DNA from: Felis catus
Taxonomy: Eukaryota
Length of the DNA stretch: 64,000 nucleotides
Direction: 5' to 3'
NCBI RefSeq assembly: GCF_018350175.1
Contig: NC_058369.1
Span: 21,764,001-21,828,000 of the forward strand
Positions 24,301 to 35,281 of this stretch are shown here, piece after piece. The translations under genes and the position numbers were made by a program. Position 1 is the first letter of the stretch. Every line of letters starts with the position of its first letter. The notes under the pieces were generated by a model. That model worked only from the letters and a program-made list of their open reading frames with translations, did not search any database and was not told where the DNA came from.

Positions 24301-25899
24301 GTCTGGCAGGGGAGAGGCACTGCGATAAGGCAAGGGACGTCAATCAGAATGGGCAAGTCTGACATAAACCCGATAGAAATAACAGCTCTAAAGCATGCAT
24401 GGGGCGGGTGGGGGGGGGTGGGTGGGAGGGTGGGGGGGTGGTGGGCAGGAGAAGCTGCCCGCCAGGGGAGGTCTAATCCCTTCTGAGAACTGGAGGTCTT
24501 GAAGGCATAAAAGGTGAGTGAGTACCCATCCTGAAAGTCAGAAGAGATTTACTTATTAATGTACCCTGTATGACACTGGCCAGAAGCCAGAATTTTGGGG
24601 TTGTTCTAAACACACAGCTTGATTGGAGAGATTCCTGGAAAATCACCCCTACCCAACCCTCAAGATCACTTCATCAATTCAGCACAGGGCAGTCTCTGCA
24701 GCCTCATGCCAGGCCCCAAGGGAGGTGCTGGAATCCCTGAAACCACCCAGTTTCAGTGGGAGCTACCACTGTTCCCATTTTACAGAGTGAAAAAGCCTGT
24801 GGAGTAACTAACTCACTGGCCCACCCTCTCAACGGACCTCACCGACTGCCTCCAGCAGCACAGCGCCCTGTCATTATGTCCCTGCTACCTTCGGAGGCGG
24901 CTCCCTGGGATCAGCAGCAGCCTTTCAGCACCTTCTCAGCCAGAAAGCCTGGCGGGAAAGGATGTTGGGGGATGGGCCTCCCGCCCCTGCCCCTGGCGGC
25001 TGGCCATGCCCTGGGACCTTGTCCTCTATCGTCGGTTCTCTCAGCCTTCCAAATCCCCGCTCCCATTCCTCCCGCCTCCGGCCTGCAGGTCACGTCTTAG
25101 ACCTCCCCTGCACGCTGCGTGCCAGGGTTCTGCATCCACACGGCCACTTCCTCCCCACTCTGCATCTCAGCAGACCCCTGCTCCAGAATCAGACCCAAAA
25201 GCAAGGGTGGCAGGAACGTGAAGAGGCGAAGGGGAGAGGTTGTGAGGCGGAGAGAGGGCCCGGCCCCACTCAACCTGCAAAATGAAGGGTTAAAACAGAC
25301 GCTCTCGCGTAGGACAGCTTGCATTTCAATTGCAGCCCTCGCCGTGTGTCACCTTGAGCAACTGACTCGGTTTCCCCATCCGCAAGGTGGAACGTTGGCG
25401 GTGGCGCCCACAAAGGGCCGCGCGTGCAGAGCGCATGGCACAGCGCCGGGCTCTCGGCCACAGTGCAACAATAGTGGCCCTCTCGGCTCCGGATTCCCAA
25501 GCGCAGTCCGCGCGCCGCGGAGCAGCAAGGGAGCCGGCGCCCGGCGAGGGGCAGGGCGGGCCCGAGCGCAGCGGGAGCCGCGGCCCACCGGATGGAAGCC
25601 GGCCAGAGAGCGCGCGCCGCGGCGGGAGGCGCCTCCGGCCCGGGCCCTGCGAGGCGCGCGCCTCTGCTACCTGACCGCGACCCGGCCGCCTCCCTCGAGG
25701 AGGCTTAGTGCAGAGCGACACGGAGCTGGCGCGCCCACAGTTACCGCGGCCTTCGGAACGCCGCCCTCCCCCGCCACGCGTCTGGCACTCACCCCGAGCC
25801 GGCCGCCGTGGTGGCCTGGATGGAGCTTATGCGCAGACGGTTGGCCGTGTCCTTCAGGGCCTGCAGCTTCTGCTGATCAGGTTTATGGTAGCCCTCCAT
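147..25899 (-). CDS. TKT: Transketolase, complete spliced CDS (14 exons, 1872 nt, 623 aa)
   Basis: Joined exons translate [47 protein letters not shown]...[24 protein letters not shown]-binding GDG...N motif present, all introns GT-AG, phases consistent. Confidence 0.99.
1042..1164 (-). CDS. TKT: TKT exon 13 (123 nt)
   Basis: [49 protein letters not shown]. Confidence 0.97.
2370..2463 (-). CDS. TKT: TKT exon 12 (94 nt)
   Basis: [39 protein letters not shown]. Confidence 0.97.
2570..2653 (-). CDS. TKT: TKT exon 11 (84 nt)
   Basis: [36 protein letters not shown]. Confidence 0.97.
3354..3527 (+). mobile_element. Can-SINE in TKT intron 10 with ~22-bp flanking duplication
   Basis: GGGTGGCTCAGTCGGTTAAG head, poly-A tail; direct repeats 3332-3353 and 3528-3549. 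Confidence 0.9.
3549..3679 (-). CDS. TKT: TKT exon 10 (131 nt)
   Basis: [52 protein letters not shown]. Confidence 0.97.
3810..3966 (-). CDS. TKT: TKT exon 9 (157 nt)
   Basis: [60 protein letters not shown]. Confidence 0.97.
5060..5224 (-). CDS. TKT: TKT exon 8 (165 nt)
   Basis: [63 protein letters not shown]. Confidence 0.97.
5995..6188 (-). CDS. TKT: TKT exon 7 (194 nt)
   Basis: [71 protein letters not shown]. Confidence 0.97.
7648..7766 (-). CDS. TKT: TKT exon 6 (119 nt)
   Basis: [47 protein letters not shown]. Confidence 0.97.
7875..8076 (+). mobile_element. Can-SINE (TKT intron 5)
   Basis: GGGGCGCCTGGGTGGCTCAGTCG head, CT-rich body, A tail. Confidence 0.9.
8642..8836 (-). mobile_element. 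Can-SINE (TKT intron 5) inserted in a MIR
   Basis: Reverse-complement head ACTGAGCCACCCAGG; T-rich tail. Confidence 0.9.
9656..9666. promoter_or_regulatory. MARE/AP-1 palindromic core in TKT intron 5
   Basis: GCTGACTCAGC. Confidence 0.45.
9746..9937 (-). CDS. TKT: TKT exon 5 (192 nt), TPP-binding motif
   Basis: [72 protein letters not shown]. Confidence 0.98.
11103..11113 (+). promoter_or_regulatory. Antioxidant response element (NRF2/sMAF) in TKT intron 4
   Basis: ATGACTCAGCA, exact RTGACTCAGCA consensus. Confidence 0.65.
11795..12011 (+). mobile_element. Can-SINE (TKT intron 4)
   Basis: Full consensus; TSD AAAACTAGCTCT on both sides. Confidence 0.92.
13760..13857 (-). CDS. TKT: TKT exon 4 (98 nt)
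   Basis: [33 protein letters not shown] read directly (absent from ORF track in this frame); CAG/GTAAC. Confidence 0.97.
14614..14727 (-). CDS. TKT: TKT exon 3 (114 nt)
   Basis: [46 protein letters not shown]. Confidence 0.97.
15587..15704 (-). CDS. TKT: TKT exon 2 (118 nt)
   Basis: [42 protein letters not shown] acceptor, GTAGG donor. Confidence 0.97.
18590..19460 (+). mobile_element. Degraded L1 fragments in TKT intron 1
   Basis: A-rich ORF2-like sequence (AACTAACTCCAGAAGAAATAGAAAA) and an L1M 3'UTR-like tail. Confidence 0.55.
19730..20480. mobile_element. L2 3' fragment (split by a SINE) followed by MIR fragments
   Basis: CCTCCTCTGAGAAGCCCTCCCTGACC...GAATAAATGA (L2); CTCTCTGAGCCTC and TGCCCAAGGTCACA (MIR). 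Confidence 0.6.
20730..21110 (+). mobile_element. L1M 3' end fragment
   Basis: ATAAAATGTGGTATATC, CATTATGCTAAGTGAAA, TGTATGATTCCA motifs. Confidence 0.7.
23586..23782. repeat. Diverged ~110-bp direct tandem duplication
   Basis: Identical 19-mer CTGCCATTACTGCACCTGG at 23632-23650 and 23742-23760, with colinear flanks. Confidence 0.85.
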
Positions 25900-26190
25900 G
25901 GCGTGGCCGGGCGGGCAAGCGGATGGGGAGGACGAGGACGCGGTCGCGGAGACGCACGGGTTGCACTACCGCTCCGGCGATGACTGGCAGGGCCTAGGCC
26001 CGGCGCCGCGAGGGGCGAGTTAAGACTCCCCGGACCCGCCCACGAGGGCGGGGCGCCGGCATCACCCCAGGCCTCTGCGCCGCGGAGCCCTCCTCGTCCC
26101 GCCCCCGCCCCGCCCCCTGGCCGCAAGAGCGACCAGTAGCCTAGCCTTCCCGCGCCGTTCCGGGAAACCCAGGACCACGTCGTCCTGGGC
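25300..26190 (-). promoter_or_regulatory. TKT: CpG island / GC-box promoter of TKT
   Basis: Dense CpG over exon 1; Sp1-type GGGCGG/CCGCCC boxes at ~26036-26116; no canonical TATA. Confidence 0.9.
25793..25899 (-). CDS. TKT: TKT exon 1 coding part (107 nt)
   Basis: Kozak [43 protein letters not shown]; donor GTGAGT. Confidence 0.97.
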
Positions 26191-26783
26191 GCCTAGGGAC
26201 CCAGCCCCACTCTATCCACCTGCCTAACCTCCCCTTCCCCCTGTTCGGACCCAGACATTTGCTGGGCAGCTTGGGGCTGCCAGGCTCCTGAAACAGAACT
26301 GCCCTGCCGGAATTAATTATACAGACAAGTAATAATAACTCCAGGTTCTAGGCTTAGCTCAGTTTGCCTGACTCACATCTTCACTGCAGAATGTTCTGTC
26401 TCCTTCCTCCGCACAGCTCTGGGTGGAATTGAGAGGGGAGGTTTCATTGGTAACCCATTTTACAGATGAGCAAATTGAGACCAGCCAAGGTCACATGGCT
26501 TGTGGGTGCAGAGGTCTTCCCTAGCAGAATGGCTCCATCTACAAGCCCCAGTCCCAAAAGAGTAAGCCCCAGGGCTTTGGGGGCCTATAAGATGGGGATT
26601 ATGAAAATGAGAATTAGCAGTAGTAGTAATGATAATACCAGCTGACGTTAACTGAGAAATTACAAGTGGCAGGCCTTTCACAAATTATTAGGGCCTAAGG
26701 GCTGCAAGATCAAAGGGAGGTATCACCAGGGTATATCATGGTCAGAGGCCTAGCAGGGTCTGAATAAAGAGGACATGACTTTT

Positions 26784-27000
26784 GGGGTGCCTGGGTGGCT
26801 GAGTCAGTTAAGCATCTGACTTTGGCTCAGGTCATTGTCTCGAGGTTCATGAGTTGGAGCCCCGGGTCAGGCTCTGTGCTGACAGCTTAGAGCCTGGAAC
26901 CTGCTTTGGATTCTCTGTCTCTGTCTCTGTCTTTCTCTGCCCCTCCCCCCACTTGCACTATGTTTCAAAATATATCAATAAACATTAACAATTTTTTTAA
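26784..27000 (+). mobile_element. Can-SINE upstream of the TKT promoter
   Basis: TSD AAAGAGGACATG. Confidence 0.9.
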
Positions 27001-29099
27001 AAAGAGGACATGGCTTTGAAACCATTTGAGAGCTCTGTGTCTTCCAACTCTATTTCCTTTAGAACAGTGGTTTCCTATTCCAAACCTCAATTTCCCCATC
27101 TGCCCAGTGGGACTAATCCTTGCCACTCTGCACCCACCCTGGTCTCTGATGATGGCAGGAGACTCAACCAGGCTCTGGAGACCCAGTAGTGATGGAGCCC
27201 CCCTCCCCACCATGGGGCTCTAGGGTCCCCTGGGGTCAGCTTCTCATCTTGGGTCCAGGTGAATGAGATCTGTTTCATCCTGGCTTCAATCGTATTTCAG
27301 GGGCTCCTGGCTTTCTTTCCCCAGGGTCCACTTCGGGACCAGAATCCTGAGTTGACTGGAGGTGTTTGTCCAAGTGGGTACTCCTGTCCCCAGGTCCTGA
27401 GTCATTATTCAGCCACATTCACCTCATAAATCACATGGCAATCGGGAGGGAGACCTTGGGTCCTGCTGGTCACGGCTTTATGCCTGGTGTCAAGCTGCCA
27501 TTTTGCTCCTCTACTCCCTTCCCATCACCCCCATTCTCTTTCAGCCTCCTGGTTATGCTCCCTGGGGCTGCTAGAGAGAACTTCTGCTGCCTCCCAGCTA
27601 AGCTCCCCTTGCTCTCCCTCCACCCGTAGAACACATTTCCTTGTGGTGTGCATGCTCTGCTACTCCCACCTCTCTCCCTTGTCCTCTGATGGTGCCCCCA
27701 CACCCACACCATTCCAGCCACACTACCCTTTTTGCTTTCCTTAAAAAACACTAAGCCCACTCCACCTAGAGGTTTTCGCATGTGTTATTCCCCAAGTCAG
27801 TAATGCCATTCCTGAACGCTTCGCATGGCCTGGATCCAGAGCAGCCCTCTTTCCCATCTGTGGTGTCCCCTGCCACCTCCTGGAGAGCTTTATCCCAGGG
27901 ACTACGACTGTGTCTCATATACAGTAGGTGCTCAGTAAATGCCTTGGGAATGAAAGTATAACGTTGCATGATTTGTCCAAGGTCACACAGACAGCAACTG
28001 CTGGAGCTGCACCCAGGGACAGAGTGTCCCTGGGAGACATCAGGGCAGGGAATCTGGCTTTTTAGGAGTTGGGACACAAAGGGACACTGCTGGAGGATAG
28101 GAGGTGGCACAGCTGTGCTGCTGCCAGCATCAGGTGTCAGCAAAAGGCCACAGAGACCTGAAAGCAGAGCCGTGCACAGGAGGTTGAGCCATCCCCAGGA
28201 CCCACACAGCACTTGGGGAGAAGGGCACACTTAGGGCAACCTGGGCAAGTCCCCATGTAAGTTTCCACAGCCGGCTCCCCATGGGACCTCCAGGATCACT
28301 GGAAGGGGCTAGAGAGGGAAACTGGGGTGCTGAGGGGTAACATACAGCCTAGCACTGTTATTGGGGGTAGCTTTTGGTCACCACGACAGTGCTGATGGAT
28401 TGTAATGGCTGCCTGGAGCTGAATGTTGACCACAGAATTCTGAGCTACATTTCAGAAGGAAATGCCAGGACCCATCAGCAATGCTGAGCAGAGGCGACTG
28501 GTATGGGAGACTGGGAGTGGGAGGCATGCTTCTCCCACTTCAGCTGGGTACTGCAGGGAGCCGGGCTGGGCGCAAGCGGGAGCAGAGATGGCTGGAACCA
28601 TGGGACTGCCACATGCTCATACACACACACATTCACACACACACATACACTCACTCATGCCATTTCCCTCTCTTGCCTGCCCTGGAGAGTGCAGGCGGCA
28701 TCACCACAGCACCTTTGTGGCCCCCTGTAAAGCCTGTGTGCTTTAACTAAGGCACAGGGCAGAGCCAAGGCCCGGCTTCTTCTGCTGCTTGGCCCATGGC
28801 GTCCAGCCAGCCCTTCCAGCACAAAGGCTCCCACAATGCTCATGCCCTTAGACAGCAAGCTCCATACCTGGGAGATGATCCTGAGGGAAACCCCGGCTGC
28901 AAACAGGTCTGGGCAGCAGAGGACAGGGACTGGCAGAGGCCTGAGTGGTCATTTTACCAGATCAGCATGAAGACCAAACCTCAGAAATGGGTTTACTCAT
29001 TTACTCAGAGTTTATTGACTTGGGGACCACAATCAGGAGGGCCTGTGGGGGAAATGCAGGTCCTTAATGGCCCCTAAGACCAGACTTGGCAGTCCTTTC

Positions 29100-29254
29100 A
29101 GTGGCTACATCATTAGAATTGCCTGAAGCAGTTACTCAGCATGCGGCTCCCTGGGCACCACATCTAACCTTCTGAATCAAGAGTCTCTGAGGTGGGGCCT
29201 GCGCTTCTAAGAAGATTCTCAGGCAATTCTATTGGGGGGTTCTAAGAGCTCTGC
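29100..29254. mobile_element. MER5-like hAT DNA transposon fossil
   Basis: CATTAGAAT.CCTG...TCTGAATCA.GAGTCTCTG.GGTGGGGCCTG motifs. Confidence 0.55.
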
Positions 29255-32194
29255 AGAGAAAAACATCGAGAAGACCATTAGGACTTGGGTTCTGGAGCTG
29301 AACAGACCTGGGGTCAATGCTTTGCTGGGTGCCCTCTAGGGCTGAGTGTGCTACAGCCGGTTAGGCATTGAAATTTCAGCATCTGGTGGGAAGATGTCGC
29401 GATATGTTGGTAACAGGGTGAAAGCAAGGTGTAGAACAACAGGTAGAGTGTGATTCTACTTCTGTCAAAGATAAAAAAAAAAACACAAAACGGGGTGCCT
29501 GGGTAGCTCAGTAGGTTGAACATCTGACTTCGGCTCAGGTCATGCTGTCTCAGAGACCGTTTCGGATCCTCTGTTCCCCCTCTGCCCCTCCCCTGCTCGC
29601 ACTCTTTCTCTCGAAAATAAATAAACATTAAAAAAGTAAAAAAAAAAAAAAAAAAAAGCTAAAAGCATGTGTGTGCATGCTGCCCCTGTATGTGCGTGTT
29701 TGTAAGTTTGTGTGGACGAGGAGAGCCGGCAGAGATAGGCAGGTGGGCTCTCAGATTTCTCTTTTGTTGGAATTTAGTGCCAGTGAACACGGATGACTTT
29801 TCTAGTCCAAAAAAAGCAAAACAAAATTCTATCTTGAAAAAATGTTGTTGAGGTCAGGGGATGCCTTTTTATGAAGACACTTTTTCTCATGATTTTCCAT
29901 GATTATGTAAAGCTGCCCCTGTGTTTCATAAGCCAGGCTGCGGCCCTGGCTGTTTTGGGGTTGGGAGCACACCCCCAGGCGGTGGGTGCTCAGTCCTCCC
30001 GTCCTTGCTTTGCTATCCACGTGAAGCTTGGGGCAGAGCTGCCCTGATGTGCTCCTGCACATCCACTGAGTAGGCACTGATGAGGCGTGAACAGTCCCAA
30101 GCAGCTGCATTCCTGAGTGACAGTGCTGGGCATCGCTTTGGCAGCTCTAGGCCCATGTGTATGCTCCTGCGGCACGCCTGGGCTGGGCACTGGCATTGGG
30201 CTTGCATCGGAGCCAGCATCCGAGTCCGGGGCCTCCAGACACTTTCCTGGACTCCTATCCAGGGCTGCGGCCTGCAGGGGACTGGAATAATTCCTATGTG
30301 AGTGTGTGTCTAGCCTCATGGCCACCGAGATCGAGTAGAGGGCCCACTGCGGACATTCTCTATAGGCTTGTACATTGATTAATTAAGTTTTCATAAACCC
30401 ATCTTTCCTCTCAATGCCCCAAATTTCATTCTGGAGGCATGTTTGGGAAAATGCCTTTTTTGATAATGTTGCCCCCAGGAAGGTGAGATCACATAAGGTT
30501 CAACTCATGAAAACTCTGTTGTTTTTTTTTTTTGTTAGTTGACTTTTGTTTTTGCTTTTGTTTTCATTTTTAAAAACAGGTTTTTGGGTGCCTGGGTGAC
30601 TCAGTCGGTTAAGAGTCTGACTCCCACTCAGATCATGATCTTGCGGTTCATGAGTTCAAGCCCCACGTCAGGCTCTGTGCTGACAGCTCAAAGCCTGGAG
30701 CCTGCTTCAGATTCTGTGTCTCCCTCTCTCTCTGCCCCTCCCCTGCTCATGCTCTGTCTGTCTGTCTGTCTCTCTCTCAAAAATAAATAAACACTAAAAA
30801 TTTTTTTTAAATAAATAAAAATAAAAGTAAAACATGCTTTGGGCAAAAACCTAGAAGGTATAGGGGCATATGGTTGGCTCAGTTGGTACAGTATGTGACT
30901 CTCAGTCTTAAAGTTGTGAGTTCAAGCCCCATCTTGGGCATGGAGTCTACTTAAAATAAATACACAAAATAAATTGATTAATTAGTTTAAAAAAACACCT
31001 AGAAGGTACAGAAAAATTTTAAAGTAAAATAAAATCATGCATAATTCCATCCAAAGAAGGTTAAAAGTCGTTTGTTCATTTGATGAATATTGACTCATTA
31101 GGATTATTATAAAGAAAATAAAGCAGGGTCAAAGGTCAAGGTCTTGGAGAAGGGCTGGAGAGGGGCAGCAGGACACATCTGGACCCCAGGTATCAGGTGC
31201 GGCTGAAAACTAGAGTCATTGCTCAATATGTGTTTGCTATTACGGGTTCTTTTTCAAAATTATTATTTTTAACACATTGTCAGGATCGTATACAATTTGC
31301 CATTTTTCTCCTACATTTTCTCATCAGCATTCTAAAATTTTTCCGAGACTTCATTTTTAATAGCGGTGTATCGTCCTGTCATAGAGTGATGTCCTCATTT
31401 ACTAGCCGCCCCTTAGTGGTGGATATTTGGAGTGTGTCCATTTTTCACCATTCTATATTACCCTGCAGTGAACATTTTGGTGCCTATAACCTTTGTCCTC
31501 CTGGCAGGTTATCTCCAGAACCCAGAGTTCTAAATAGGAAAGTACTGGGTCAGAGGGTGGCAACCCTTCTAGAGCTCTTGATACATATTTGGCAAAGAAC
31601 TCTCTAGAAAGTGGTTCTGTGACTCAGTCACCTTTGTCTCTCACTGGAGATGTCCCAGCATGCACTCAGGGTAGAAAGTGGAAGAGGGAATCTGAAACCT
31701 GCATGGCCTTGGGTGGATCCCTGCCCTTCTGAACGGGACCTCAATTTCTTCATATCTAGGAAATGGGTTCATGCTTGCAACACAGAGGCTGAGTTTCCCC
31801 TTTGTGCCAGGCCCGGAGTGCTGGCTCAGAGCCTTGCTGGGCTACTCTCTGCCTGCAGGAAGCCAGTTCAAGTGAGTTTAGCAGGGCTGCAAGGCTGCTG
31901 TCTTTTTCACAGGCTTGGGAGCTATTCTTGGCGGTGTTATGCTGGCAGTAAGAGGGGTTGGACCCCAGTGGCCAGCACGCCAAGGGAAGATCAATGAGAA
32001 GAGAGAATCCTCTTTGATTGAATAGAATTTTGTACATGGCTTTCTCCTGGACATCTGCAGACCCTGGGGCCCTTGGCACATGGGGAGGAGGAGCGGATGG
32101 GAAAGGGAACCTGGAGACAGGAGATGACGCACCAGCTCCTTGACTTCCTGGGACCCAGACACACGTGGCTCCTTCCTTTCTCATGTAATGCTTC

Positions 32195-34495
32195 TTTTCA
32201 AAAACTATGGCTTCACTGAGATGTAATTAACACATCACAAAATCCACCCTTTTAAAGTGTACAATTCTGTGATTTTTGGAATTGTGCAATCATAGAATTC
32301 TAGAGTTGTACAATCGTTACCATGATCCAATTTTAGGACATTTTCGTCACCCCAAAAAGAAACTCACACCTATTACTGGTTGCTCCTTATTTACCCCTCC
32401 CTGCCAGGCCAGGGCTACCTCAAAGCTACTTTCTGTGTCCATGAATTTGCCTATTCTAGACGTATCAGATAAATGGAATCCTACAATACATGTTTTGGGG
32501 GACGGACTCCTTTCATTTCATATGTTCAGGGCTCATCCATGTTGTATGTAGCACGAATCAGTGCATTATTCCTTTTTTTTTAATTGAGGAATCATTTTCC
32601 ATTGTATGGACAGACCACATTTTGTTGATGCATTTATGGGTTGATGGACGTTTGGGTTGCTTCCATTTTTTTGCTGTTATGAATAATGCTGCTTTAAATG
32701 GTGATGTAAAACTGTGTGGATAGATATTTTCTTTTTTTAAGTTTACTTATTTATTTTTTGGAGAGAGAGAAAGAGAGAGGGGAGGGGCAGAGAGAGAGGG
32801 AGGGAGACAGAGAATCCCAAGCAGGCTCCACGCTGCCAGGGCAGAGCCCAATGCTGGACTTGAACTCACAAACCTGTGAGATCATGACCTGAGCTGAAAC
32901 CAAGAGTCAGATGCTTAACCTATTGAGCCACCCAGGCACCCTTGGACATAGCTTTTCAATTCTCTTGGGCATACACCTAGGCATGGATTATACAGCAATT
33001 CTGTGCTTACTTGTGTTACACAAGTAAACTTGAAGAACTAATTGGCTTTATTTGACAAATCACAAATTGGGCAGCATCCCACCTAGCAAGCAGAAAGGAA
33101 CAGAAAAGGCTTTTACAGCCCAAAAGGGGAAGAGACAGGAAGTCATAAACAAAACAAAGGCTTATTTTAGGCAAGGTCATCCTTCTTGGTGGAAGAGAGT
33201 GAAGGAGTCTTTTACACACATCACCTCACTAATGCTTGTCAGGAGTTTCCAGACTGATCTGGTTTAAAATTCCACTCCTGATGGGGCGCCTGGGTGGCTC
33301 AGTCGGTTAGGCATCAGACTTCAGCTCAGGTCATGACCTCGCGGTCCGTGAGTTCAAGATCCGTGTCAGGCTCTGTGCTGACAGCTCAGAGCCTGGAGCC
33401 TGTTTCAGATTCTGTGTCTCCCTTTGTCTCTGACCCTCCCCTGTTCATGCTCTGTCTCTCTCTGTCTCAAAAATAAATAAATGTTAAAAAATAAATAAAT
33501 AAATAAAATTCCACTCCTGAGAGATGCTGAATCTGCAATTACGTTAGGTTTGCTTTTGTGGGCGTTAGCACAAATGACTCCTTTTTGGGTCTATTGTGTC
33601 TTTTTTATCTTTTTTTTTTTTTTTAATAAGTGTTTATTAAGTTTTGAGAGAGAGCATGAGTGGGGGAGGGACAGAGAGGAGCGGTGCAGAGAATCCAAAG
33701 TGGGCTCTGTGCTGACAGCAACGAGCCCAATGTGGGGCTTAAACTCACAAACTCCCATGAGATCATGACCTGAGCTGAAGTTGGATGCTCAACTCACTGA
33801 GCCATCCAGGCACCCCTATTGTGTCTTTTTAAATTTTATTTTATTATTATTTTTTTTAATGTTTATTTATTTTTGACAGAGAGAGAGAGCATGAGCGGGG
33901 GGAGAGGCAGAGAGAGAGGGAGACACAGAATCCGAAGCAGGTTCCAGGCACCGAGCTGTCAGCACAGAGCCTGACGCGGGGCTCGAACTCACAGACTGCG
34001 AGATCATGACCTGAGCTGAAGTCGGGCGCTCAACCAACTGAGCCACCCAGGTGCCCCATATTGTGTCCTTTTTTAAACAACTGTTTGAAGAACCACCAAA
34101 CGTTTTTCCAAAATGGTTACATAATTTTTACAATTTTACCAGCGGTGGATGAGGGTTCCAATTTCCTCATAGCTTTGTCAACGTTTGTTATCATAGGTCT
34201 TTTTTATTTTATTAAAAAAAATTGTTTTTAATGTTTACTTATTTTTGAGAGAGTTCGAGCAGGGGAGGGGCAGAGAGAGGGGGAGACACAGAATCTGAAG
34301 CAGGCTGCAGGCTCCAGGCTCTGAGCTGTCAACACAGGGCCTGACGCAGGGCTCAAACCTATGAACTGTGAGATCGTGACCTGAGCGGGAAGTTGGATAC
34401 CCAACTGACTGAGCCACCCAGGTGCCCCACCCCAGGTCTTTTTTATTTTAACCATCTTGTAGGTGCAAAATGGTATCTCATGGTAGTCATTCATT
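32195..34495 (-). mobile_element. Old L1 (L1M-type) 3' region hosting SINEs and the solo LTR
   Basis: TTTAAAGTGTACAATTC, TTGATGGACGTTTGGGTTGCTTCCA, GAGGGTTCCAATTTC motifs. Confidence 0.75.
33014..34079 (-). mobile_element. Solo LTR of the same family as the provirus, interrupted by three Can-SINEs
   Basis: TGTTAC...TTAAACA termini; shares CTAATTGGCTTTATT, CTAGCAAG.AGAAAGG, AAAATTCCACTCC and TTAG.ACAAAT.ACTCC with the LTR at 37402. Confidence 0.8.
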
Positions 34496-34567
34496 GCTTT
34501 AAAAAAACCCACATTATATAAGTAACACATGTTCCTTGTAGAAAATTAGGAAATTTAACAAAAATAC

Positions 34568-35281
34568 TGTGATGGTCCATTTTTAGGTGTCATTTTGGCT
34601 AGGCTATAGTCTCCCAGTTGTTCAAACAATAACTAGATATTGCTAGAAAAGTATTTTTAGGTGTGATTGAAGTCTGTGATCAATTGACTTTCAGTAAAGG
34701 AGACTGTTCTAGATGTAACCTGGGTCGATCTGATTCATTCAGTTGAAAGGCTAAAGAAAAAAAGTGGGGCACCTGGCTGGCTTAGTTGGTAGAGCATGAG
34801 ACTCTTGATCTCGGGTTTGTGAGTTCAAGCACCATGCTGGGTGTAGAGATTACTCAAAAACAAAATCTTAAGGGGAACCTGGGTACTCAATCGGTTGAGT
34901 GTCCAACTCTTGATTTCAGCTCAGGTCATGACCTAACGGTTTCATGAGTTCGAGCTCCCCATCGGGCTCTGCGCTGACAGAGCAGAGCCTGCTTAGGATT
35001 CTCTCTCCCTCTCTCTCTGCCCCTCCCCCATGTGCCCTGTCTTTGTCTCTCTCAAAATAATAAATAAACCTTAAAAAAAGAAAAAAAGAGAAAATCTTAT
35101 TTTAAAAAAGCTACTGTACTTGAAGCAGCAGTGCCTAAAAGCCCAGCTGCCCTTCCTTAGGCCTGCCCTGCACGTCTACGATTTGCCTGGCCAGTGCCCA
35201 CGATGGATAAGTCAATCCCTTTCAACAAAGCTCTTAATATAGACCTCCTTTGAGTTGTTTCTCTGAACCTCAACTGATACA
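34568..35281 (+). mobile_element. MLT2-like (ERVL) LTR split by two SINEs
   Basis: Starts TGTGATGGT..TTTTAGGTGTCA.TTTGGCTAGGCTA and ends CTGATACA, typical of MLT2. Confidence 0.7.

Noticed and set aside
25119..25997. 292-aa plus-strand ORF antisense to TKT exon 1
   Set aside because: Arg/Pro/Ala/Gly-rich product of a stop-poor CpG island; no recognisable domain.
30863..30970. tRNA-like sequences (also near 34766, 35403, 39796)
   Set aside because: A/B-box heads followed by A-rich tails, some with TSDs, and no intact cloverleaf: short Can-SINE forms.
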